Positions 28,474-36,097 of a stretch of 64,000 nt of DNA are shown in pieces. Where the stretch lies: IMG/VR virus record IMGVR_UViG_3300028654_000009. One strand, 5' to 3'. This DNA comes from a virus. The notes below the pieces were generated by a model. It was not told where the DNA came from, searched no databases, and saw only the letters and a program-made list of their open reading frames with translations. Numbering within the stretch: the stretch's first letter is position 1; every line of letters begins with the position of its first letter. A program made the position numbers and the translations under genes.

Positions 28474-28937
28474 CGAATTTCTCCTTTACAGTTTTGGCTA
28501 CACTCAACTTTGACAAAGCCCACGTAAGCAGGTGCCTTGCACCTAGGGCAGGTGTGTGGGAACTTCGAGAGGTCCACACGAGGGCCCACCATTTCGATAC
28601 GGGCTGCCTTGAAGGGAGCGAATGCGTCCCAAGAGGGCCAGCCGCAATCAACTGCCTTCACGTGCGGCCGGGGTTTGTAATAATACTCGGACACCCAGCT
28701 ATGAGTCCACATGGACGGCACTACAACGGACGGATCGCTCAGCACGCTAAGAAGCTCGCTAAACGGCTTCGCGGGCATGGGCGAAGCCGGGTGTGGCATG
28801 ACCGGGTAGGGGTAGGGTATGCGGCTGAGGGCCCGATTTAGCTCTTCTATGCTCGGTTGCAGAAGTTCCTTGACGCGCTCCCATTCTGCTGCCACCAAAG
28901 GCTTCTGAATGCAACTGTTATCAAAATCCTCTTCCAT
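28470..28937 (-). CDS. protein with C-terminal Zn-ribbon shared with 16991-18073
   Basis: AAGGAG SD; DLSKFPHTCPRCKAPAYVGF. Confidence 0.75.
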   Translation of the reverse strand: MEEDFDNSCIQKPLVAAEWERVKELLQPSIEELNRALSRIPYPYPVMPHPASPMPAKPFSELLSVLSDPSVVVPSMWTHSWVSEYYYKPRPHVKAVDCGWPSWDAFAPFKAARIEMVGPRVDLSKFPHTCPRCKAPAYVGFVKVECSQNCKGEIR

Positions 28938-28945
28938 GATGCTCC

Positions 28946-29446
28946 TTAAATATGCTGCGAGGGGACTTGGGGGACTGTCGTGTGGCCGTGGTCTACAGTG
29001 ACACAACGCAAGCCGAGCGTAGCACGTTCCTTACCTTCTGCCAAGGTCAGAGTGTTGAGGTCATAGTCCTTTTGTTCGGGAGAGCAAATCACGGCGATTG
29101 ATACTGTCGACTTGTCCTTCTTGCAGGCCAACACCTGGGCGAACAAATCGCTCTCAATCTGGCCTGTGCTGCAGGTCCACCCCAAAGCCGGGCTGACCGC
29201 TTTGATAATCCCGTTTTCGTACTGGTGCTTTTCTTCACCGTGTGCTAGGACAGTCACCTCGAAGGCCGATTCGAACCTCGGGTGTGTGTCGTCGTAGCTC
29301 AGGGGCTGAATGGTTGGCTGTTCCACGGGAAGCGGAACAACGGCTTTTACGGAACGCCCGTAAGGCGCAGCATAAGCCGCCAGGCCGAGGGTCACGCAGA
29401 AAGCAACAGCTGTGGTCAAAAGGAACTGGGCAAAGATTTTGAGCAT
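28946..29446 (-). CDS. secreted/membrane-anchored protein
   Basis: N-terminal hydrophobic signal; Cys residues; AGTCTT-N5-ATG. Confidence 0.75.
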   Translation of the reverse strand: MLKIFAQFLLTTAVAFCVTLGLAAYAAPYGRSVKAVVPLPVEQPTIQPLSYDDTHPRFESAFEVTVLAHGEEKHQYENGIIKAVSPALGWTCSTGQIESDLFAQVLACKKDKSTVSIAVICSPEQKDYDLNTLTLAEGKERATLGLRCVTVDHGHTTVPQVPSQHI

Positions 29447-29451
29447 ATTTG

Positions 29452-29457
29452 AAGACT
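29452..29457 (-). promoter_or_regulatory. variant late-type motif AGTCTT
   Basis: AGTCTT-caaat-ATG(29446). Confidence 0.45.
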
Positions 29458-29472
29458 ATCACATCTTTCTTC

Positions 29473-29500
29473 TTGACGCCAGACCAATCATAGCTATCAT
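29473..29500 (+). promoter_or_regulatory. sigma70-like early promoter
   Basis: TTGACG-N16-TATCAT; 7 nt to ATG 29508. Confidence 0.75.
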
Positions 29501-29507
29501 TGGGTTC

Positions 29508-29720
29508 ATGACCAAGAAGCAGCTGATTAACTTTTCGAAGGACCTTTACTCGGCCGTCCATGCCGACACGTCCCTGGACAGCGACTCGTTTTGTAGGATG
29601 GAGGCCGCAGCGTTCGAGTTTCGGGCCACTATCAATGAGCTGGTCTCGGGCGTTGTGACGCAAAGCAAGGCCAACGAGAACTTGACGTGCGTCCGAGAAC
29701 CAGGCCGCCGCCTTCATTAA
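29508..29720 (+). CDS. small hypothetical protein
   Basis: Leaderless position after early promoter. Confidence 0.7.
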   Translation: MTKKQLINFSKDLYSAVHADTSLDSDSFCRMEAAAFEFRATINELVSGVVTQSKANENLTCVREPGRRLH

Positions 29721-29756
29721 CCCAGAATCCCCACCCGCAAACGATTGGAGCAAGCC

Positions 29757-29927
29757 ATGATGAATTACACGCCAACTTTGACCGTCAAGGAGCTGATCGA
29801 GCAACTCTCAAAACTTGACCAGGACCTTCCTGTTTGGCTTGAGGGCTGTGACTGTTTGGGGAGGGCTGGGTCGGTCACGGTCGAAGACGGAAGTGTTCTC
29901 ATCAAACTGACTGTCCTGGTTGATTAG
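29757..29927 (+). CDS. small phage protein
   Basis: LTVKELIEQLSKLDQDLPV motif; GGAG SD. Confidence 0.75.
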   Translation: MMNYTPTLTVKELIEQLSKLDQDLPVWLEGCDCLGRAGSVTVEDGSVLIKLTVLVD

Positions 29928-29935
29928 GAACTGAT

Positions 29936-30175
29936 ATGGCCACCAACCGAGAACTAGAAAGAGCAGCCATGTATTACGCAATGGCTGCTCAGCGGGCCCA
30001 AGACACCAGTTACGCTTACGACAGGGCGGTCGAGGACCATATTGGAGGCGGAAGCTCGAACTTCAAAGCCATGGACGCTTACAAGCAATACCGTAGTGCT
30101 CAAACAGAACTCTCAGACGCCCTCGACCGACTTATAGCAGCTGCCCGTAACTTCCCCCACGTCGCCAACCTCTAG
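29936..30175 (+). CDS. small helical-hairpin protein
   Basis: AGGA SD; Ala-rich helices. Confidence 0.75.
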   Translation: MATNRELERAAMYYAMAAQRAQDTSYAYDRAVEDHIGGGSSNFKAMDAYKQYRSAQTELSDALDRLIAAARNFPHVANL

Positions 30176-30177
30176 AC

Positions 30178-32772
30178 TTAAGTCTGGATGTTGTAAGACA
30201 CAGGGACCGGCTGCTTCACTCCGACCAATGATATCTGGGCTGATATCGACGCCGTAACTCCGGACTTGGTAACCTTTACCCCGTCTACAGAGCTAAACGC
30301 TGGCTCTTCCGCAAACATTCTCTTGACAGCTGCTAGAGCTTCGTTCACATCGAGGTCTGCTGTCGACATACCCACCCTGAATGGAATACCAAAGTTTGGG
30401 TGCTGAAGAAGTGTTCCCCTCGTGACTGAGAGCGCGATGCGGATGTTCTGAATGATATTTGTTAAACCTGCCGACAACCGCGTGTCACCGTCTGGGGTGA
30501 TAATGAGGTCGTTTGTGTCTGTCAAGAGTAAGTCTACTCCACCTGCAGCCGTCAGTGGGTCGAACACATCGATAGTAGGGATTGACTTCGTCACGAAGTC
30601 TGTGTCGGCCGGCTGGCGGTCAGAAGGAATGTAAATCAGGCTTTGGCTATTGACAGTGTCAGGTAGAAATGCTGACAGCTTCCCGTTAGAGGCGAGCGTG
30701 TAGCTTCCCATTGTCGGGTCACCGTCTACTCCAATCGTGATATAGCTGTCAGTAACTTTGATAGCGTTGATTCGGCGCTGCGTTCTAAGGGTCGTGTTAG
30801 AGCCGATGAAGACCTGTTGGCCGATGTAAAGGTTGTTCTTCGTGTCGTCCGTATAAGGGATGACGACTTCGTTGCCTGAGCCGTTGGCCAGGAGGTAGAT
30901 ATCAAACCCTACCTCATCGATGTAGGGTTGCCTTAGGCCATTGAGAGTGGCTATCTCCATCCACCTGTTGGCGTCGTTGAGGTATTTCTGGGCCAGGCTT
31001 TCGAGGGTAGAGCCATAGGGGAATGGCACTGCGTATTTGCTGGTGGGTATTTGGAATGCGACACCTGACCTTCTGGCTAGGGTCGACATCAAAACCATGT
31101 TGTTGTCGAGGCTGGTGGGCTCAGAGTCGCCTGTGGCTGCGAAAGCGTCTAGAGCTGCTGCTGCCTCATTGAGAGCGTAAAGAGCTTCCCAGTCTGATTC
31201 GGTGGGTGTTGCTTTTACCTGCTTGATGTTGGTTTGATAGGTAGTTTGATAAGTGCTGTTGCCTGCACCAAGAGCGAAGGCCAGGGCGTCTGCGGCTTGT
31301 CTTACGTTGTTTCGGTTGGCCTCATAGTTGACGCGCTTGAAGTTGCTGACCCTGATTCTTTCAGACTCGATTTGCTGGGTGACTCTAGGCGGGAGCTTTA
31401 AAGAGCTGATATCGGCCTGGAGCATCAGCTGGACCGATTGAGAGTTCTGGCTGAAAGGCTGAAAGGCCGGATGCGTAGACTGCTGGCGCTTGAGGTCTGG
31501 GCCCATACGACTGGAGACGATATCATTCGTCTCGTTGGCGATAGAGCCGCCAGCCTGGAGCTGGCGCTTGACAGTATCATTAGTCTGGTTAGCTGCGTTC
31601 CTACGGCCTGTGCTGGTGCCCTGGAGCTGGACCCAGGAAGCATACGCTTCTTTCTGGATAGCTGCAGGCATCTCGGCCAGCGAGAGGGCCAGGCCTTGAG
31701 CGTCCTTTGCGGCAAGAGCTATTTCACGCAGAGGTTCGAACACGAGTCTATCGATGTCTCCAATGATAGCTGGAGCGATCCTCGAAGCCGACTGCAGGAC
31801 CTGCCTTACGGCCTGAATGGTGTTGAGTACGCGTGCAAGCTTGTTGGGGTCCCTTCGGAGAGCTGTACCGAGGACTGTGTTGAAGGACGAGGTGTCGAGG
31901 TTGATACGGCGCCAGGCTTTCAGGCTGAGGTCGTACGTGGTCTCAAGAGGAGAGATGGCGGACCTGGTGGCCGAGAAGCTTACGGGCGTTACCAGGTAAA
32001 TCGATTGGTCCTTCCACATGCAGAAGGCTAGGCGGAGGTCTCTTCCGGCTTTCGTCTTCTTGACGGCGTAATAGCTTTCGAGGAAGCGCTGGAGCTTTTG
32101 GAATTGATACCAACCCGTGGTCTTAGCCACAATGCTTGGGTCGCCTACGCGGGCGTTGTCGACGTTCGAGTTGTTTGGGTCGAAGTCAGCGTTAGGATGA
32201 ATGTTAGGGTTAGTAAGGGCTGTATTAGAAAAGGCTGAGAAAGCTGTAGCTACATCCTGCTTGACGATATTCAATTGCTGGACAGTCCCTCCGGCAATGG
32301 TCTCGAAAAGAGAGAAGCCAAGCTGTTGAGCAGCTGAGCCACGTCCGGGGAGAACGCCCGTTGAACCACGGATTGAGAGCAGCTTAAAGGGAGCCCCGTT
32401 GTGCTCCTCGATGATGCCACCCTGGGTGGCAGAAACGGTGATAGCGATTTGGTCGCTGACAGACAGAGACTCAGGGGACACAGGCAGGGTGAATTGATAG
32501 CCCGGTTCGATCTGGTGGCTGGTGGTTCCGTCTGCAGCTGCTACTGCTCGCACTATCAATAGCTGGTAGGGCCTGAGCTGGTTCCAACGTGCGCTGTCGA
32601 TATCATTCTGCACCCAAAAGGCTTCAGCTGCTGTCAGAGGGCTTTTGTTCTCTGAGGCAAGCTGGAGGAGCAGGTCGGAGTCTACAACGGCGTCCAGGCC
32701 AGACACAGGCCTTGCCGAGCTAACGGAGGCTGTACCGGCCTGAGAAATCTGGTTGAAGAAGCTATCGCTCAC
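30178..32772 (-). CDS. baseplate/tube-initiator protein with LysM-like and gp25-like domains
   Basis: FTLPVSPESLSV; TLESLAQKYL...WMEIATLNGL; GLTNIIQNI...GTLLQHPNFG. Confidence 0.75.
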   Translation of the reverse strand: MSDSFFNQISQAGTASVSSARPVSGLDAVVDSDLLLQLASENKSPLTAAEAFWVQNDIDSARWNQLRPYQLLIVRAVAAADGTTSHQIEPGYQFTLPVSPESLSVSDQIAITVSATQGGIIEEHNGAPFKLLSIRGSTGVLPGRGSAAQQLGFSLFETIAGGTVQQLNIVKQDVATAFSAFSNTALTNPNIHPNADFDPNNSNVDNARVGDPSIVAKTTGWYQFQKLQRFLESYYAVKKTKAGRDLRLAFCMWKDQSIYLVTPVSFSATRSAISPLETTYDLSLKAWRRINLDTSSFNTVLGTALRRDPNKLARVLNTIQAVRQVLQSASRIAPAIIGDIDRLVFEPLREIALAAKDAQGLALSLAEMPAAIQKEAYASWVQLQGTSTGRRNAANQTNDTVKRQLQAGGSIANETNDIVSSRMGPDLKRQQSTHPAFQPFSQNSQSVQLMLQADISSLKLPPRVTQQIESERIRVSNFKRVNYEANRNNVRQAADALAFALGAGNSTYQTTYQTNIKQVKATPTESDWEALYALNEAAAALDAFAATGDSEPTSLDNNMVLMSTLARRSGVAFQIPTSKYAVPFPYGSTLESLAQKYLNDANRWMEIATLNGLRQPYIDEVGFDIYLLANGSGNEVVIPYTDDTKNNLYIGQQVFIGSNTTLRTQRRINAIKVTDSYITIGVDGDPTMGSYTLASNGKLSAFLPDTVNSQSLIYIPSDRQPADTDFVTKSIPTIDVFDPLTAAGGVDLLLTDTNDLIITPDGDTRLSAGLTNIIQNIRIALSVTRGTLLQHPNFGIPFRVGMSTADLDVNEALAAVKRMFAEEPAFSSVDGVKVTKSGVTASISAQISLVGVKQPVPVSYNIQT

Positions 32773-32777
32773 GATTG

Positions 32778-32783
32778 AAGATT
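32778..32783 (-). promoter_or_regulatory. putative late promoter AATCTT
   Basis: AATCTT-caatc-GTG(32772). Confidence 0.75.
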
Positions 32784-32792
32784 GCTAGCGGG

Positions 32793-33461
32793 TTATTGGG
32801 TCGGGTACGGGGTGCAAGTACGCGGGTCGACCATGGGGCGAGACGGCTGAAAATACGACCACGAAAAGTCACACGCCCATTGCAGGGTGTCTCCGGCGGA
32901 GCCGTGCAAGGTAATCCCGAACACGGAAGCGGCCACCGATGCCCAATCTGCGCTTGAGCGCTCCCCTGGAACCCCCGCCCCTATATCAATTGAAAAATCT
33001 GCCCCTGAAAGCTGGGGAGGCACTGCCGACATAATCGTCAACTCACTAAGTTTCTTCATCGTTCCGTGGTAGCCGGTCCCTGGGGTACAGAAAACGTTGT
33101 TCACCTTGAATAGGGCACGCTTCGTAATGAATGCCGGGTCCTTGCCTTCCGAAGATGCATGGCAGTTCACGACAACGTCAAGCGGGTCTCCTACTGCTGG
33201 CCTCGATGTTTGAATCCACACGGGTGGGTCAATGAACGCATTCCATAGTATGGGACATGACTGCACGGAGTAATAAAAGCCCCCCTTCGTCTGTGCTCCT
33301 ATAGTGACGATCCCCCCAGCCGGAATACCGGACGATGCAGAAAAAATGTCGCTGGGGGTGCTCATTGATGTCCGGCACTCTTGCGGAGTTACGGCGGCCT
33401 GGGCGAATACAACCCCGGGAACTAGTAACGACAGAAATAGGATCGCGATCCTGGTGTTCAT
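32793..33461 (-). CDS. secreted protein
   Basis: AGGAG SD; signal peptide MNTRIAILFLSLLVPGVVFA-Q; six Cys. Confidence 0.75.
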   Translation of the reverse strand: MNTRIAILFLSLLVPGVVFAQAAVTPQECRTSMSTPSDIFSASSGIPAGGIVTIGAQTKGGFYYSVQSCPILWNAFIDPPVWIQTSRPAVGDPLDVVVNCHASSEGKDPAFITKRALFKVNNVFCTPGTGYHGTMKKLSELTIMSAVPPQLSGADFSIDIGAGVPGERSSADWASVAASVFGITLHGSAGDTLQWACDFSWSYFQPSRPMVDPRTCTPYPTQ

Positions 33462-33475
33462 ATGAATTCTCCTAG

Positions 33476-35557
33476 TTATGGGTTTCCACTGCAAACAACT
33501 TCAGTTATGCACTGTTGTATCGTGATCACCTCGGAAGTCTGGGATTGAAGATGCAGAGAGATGAACTGCTGCGCGGTGGCCGAGTTCCATGTCGCCATGG
33601 TCGCGATCGTAAAGTCAATCGCCTTGGGACTAAACCCGGTCGTCGCCGCGTTGTGTGTCAGTTCGGAAGTTGCCACTCCCGCGCAGCTAGCGCCAAGTGG
33701 GCCACGTACGGTGAATTCAACGACTAGCCTCCCTTGGTCAGCCGCAGCCGTTGGGACGCTCGCATTCGTGAGTGTGGCAACGGTGGTGTCTGACGTTGTC
33801 CCGGTTGTTCCTATTTTTACAAACCACGATCTCGTGCTCGTGACCCCCGTTGCCGTCTTCGACATCGTCACTGTCCAGCGGAACACCGTCCCAATCTGGA
33901 ATCCCTGAGGCGGAACCCAGAGGAGCGAGCCTGTGATCAGCGTGAGCGTCGCCGCTGGGATTGCCTGGTCGGCTACACTGACCGATCGCGCGCCGTCGCG
34001 CCACCCACCGTTGGGGGTCCAGTCAAAAGCGGAATTCAACTCCGCCACAGGAACGGGAGCCCCATTCCCGAGCTGGTAAAGGTCCCAGTAGTTAGGCCCA
34101 GCCTGAGCTAGGAGGCGCGCGCCTGCGTTGGTAGCGCCCATGTTGCAAACCCCGCCGATTCCCGGGTCCCCTCCACGGAAGGTATTATTCCTTGAGGCCA
34201 GGGTCGCGGACACGATCGAACCGTTCAGGCGTACCCCAGGTTTTCTGACACGGTTGATTGCTCCGTCATTGGTGGCATTGCCGCCATTGATATAAAGCTG
34301 GATGGTGTCAATCGAATCGCTGTTGGAGAATTCTAGAGCTGCCGGCCCCCAAGTCGTGCCATGAGACAACTGGCCACCGATGAAAGTTCCACAGCAGGTA
34401 TTGGCAGTAGAGCCTCCATTGAAACGAACACAGTAAGCATTGCCCGGGACCGCTTGAACGATATTAGAGCCGCTTACTGTAGTAGGAGTATGGACCACAT
34501 CGTCGGCATTGACTGTACATCCAGTAAGAGTAGTCGTTCCTCCACCTCCGGTGTAGTTAACCAAGGTAGGCATACCAGCGGTGGTCATTACCCAGATATA
34601 CCCTGACGCCGGTAGCGTGTTTGCGGCGACGGTTAGCGACTGCCCAGACGCAGTAAGAACCACTGCCGAAGATGTGGTGATTGCGGTGGTTACAGGTGCC
34701 GGGGTTGCGGGATTGTCGAGCTGTCGACAGAACAACTCGGTCAAAAGGAATCGTGTCGTGTCTTTGGCCTCAGTTGGTGTTGTGCTGATTCCGAGACGAA
34801 TCGAACCCGCTAGAGAGTCACAAACGAAAACACTGTCAAGCCTCATTCCGGCGGCAGACGCTACCACCAGGCCATGGAGAGCCTGGTTTTGATCTCCATT
34901 GCGGCAGTCCAGAAAGATGTCACGTAAAGACGGCGCCTTTATCGTATTGATTCCAGTGGAGTTGAAAGCTAGCATCGCTCCGAAAGCGGTTCCCCCGTCA
35001 GAAGAAGTGCCCCACCAGGCCAAGCGGGTGCCGCCGAGCCGCGTGTAGTCTCCGACGTCGGCAGAATAACAGCTGCCAATCCCTCTGAGGCTAACCGGGC
35101 TTGTGAATATGGCACTGATTGGCCAACCATAAGAGTTGGTGGCCGACTGTCCGAACTCCACTACGGCCCCAGGAAAGGCGGCTCCGTTTAGGGTCGAAGT
35201 CATCAGCGTAATGGCCGCAGTATTGTCTGTGCCGAAGCTAACACCACAAGCTCCGGAAGTAGTGGACCCAGCAGTCGCTGACAACGTCACTACGCTCGAC
35301 GAAGTAAAGGCAGAAATGGTGGTTGTTAGTTGTGCCCCAGAAGCGCCAGCACGGGCCACCGTGACTCTCTTGCCGACATCCGTGGACTTGAATGGCGCGC
35401 TAGTCGCACAAGTCAACGTCGCTGATCCGGAGGTCATCGCACCATCGAACACTGTAATCAGATCGCCGACGAAGCCGAAGTCGTCTTGTGCGCTATAAAA
35501 AATCTCTCTGGTCAGTCCAGTCGAAAAGGGTCCAGCTTGGGGAGGGGAGAACGGCAT
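33476..35557 (-). CDS. tailspike/beta-helix-like virion protein
   Basis: DFGFVGD...GTDNTAAI pectate-lyase-like start; T/S/G-rich. Confidence 0.7.
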   Translation of the reverse strand: MPFSPPQAGPFSTGLTREIFYSAQDDFGFVGDLITVFDGAMTSGSATLTCATSAPFKSTDVGKRVTVARAGASGAQLTTTISAFTSSSVVTLSATAGSTTSGACGVSFGTDNTAAITLMTSTLNGAAFPGAVVEFGQSATNSYGWPISAIFTSPVSLRGIGSCYSADVGDYTRLGGTRLAWWGTSSDGGTAFGAMLAFNSTGINTIKAPSLRDIFLDCRNGDQNQALHGLVVASAAGMRLDSVFVCDSLAGSIRLGISTTPTEAKDTTRFLLTELFCRQLDNPATPAPVTTAITTSSAVVLTASGQSLTVAANTLPASGYIWVMTTAGMPTLVNYTGGGGTTTLTGCTVNADDVVHTPTTVSGSNIVQAVPGNAYCVRFNGGSTANTCCGTFIGGQLSHGTTWGPAALEFSNSDSIDTIQLYINGGNATNDGAINRVRKPGVRLNGSIVSATLASRNNTFRGGDPGIGGVCNMGATNAGARLLAQAGPNYWDLYQLGNGAPVPVAELNSAFDWTPNGGWRDGARSVSVADQAIPAATLTLITGSLLWVPPQGFQIGTVFRWTVTMSKTATGVTSTRSWFVKIGTTGTTSDTTVATLTNASVPTAAADQGRLVVEFTVRGPLGASCAGVATSELTHNAATTGFSPKAIDFTIATMATWNSATAQQFISLHLQSQTSEVITIQQCITEVVCSGNP

Positions 35558-36075
35558 TACGTGATCTCCTCAATACGTGCGTTCCCCGTGGCGGATGTCC
35601 AGATTCCGTTTATCTGGCCCGTGAAACACGGCTGGATGGCCTCATAAACCTGGTTAGGCAGAATAAGGATTGCTGAAGTCGCCGTCGCGGCAGTGCCCCT
35701 GCCAAGCCGAAGTGGAAATGCGGAGTCGTTCAGGATGACGAAAGACCGGCGTGCGGTGTTGCTGGCCAACAGCTGTACAGAGGTTAGCGAGGCAGCCACG
35801 GTAGATACAGTGGGATTCGTGGCAGACGCAGCAGCGGCCACTACCGAAGCGACGTTGATGACAGAGGCGTTACCAAGCCCAGCAGCAAGACCGTAAATAG
35901 ATTCATTGGTGACCTGCATAGGTTGTCCTAAGGGGGGAGCCGTACCAGTTGATTGAGTCACCCCCGAAGGGCCGATGATGCAGCCTCCCTGAGCAGAGAA
36001 CCAAATCGTCCCCGTCCCCGAGAAGATCAGGGTGGGGGTAGTATCATTGAGTGAGAAACTCGCTGAGGTTGCCAT
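35557..36075 (-). CDS. small virion-type protein
   Basis: LLASNTARRSFVILNDS module; coupled to fibre genes. Confidence 0.7.
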   Translation of the reverse strand: MATSASFSLNDTTPTLIFSGTGTIWFSAQGGCIIGPSGVTQSTGTAPPLGQPMQVTNESIYGLAAGLGNASVINVASVVAAAASATNPTVSTVAASLTSVQLLASNTARRSFVILNDSAFPLRLGRGTAATATSAILILPNQVYEAIQPCFTGQINGIWTSATGNARIEEIT

Positions 36076-36097
36076 TATCTAGTCCCCTTCATTATCA

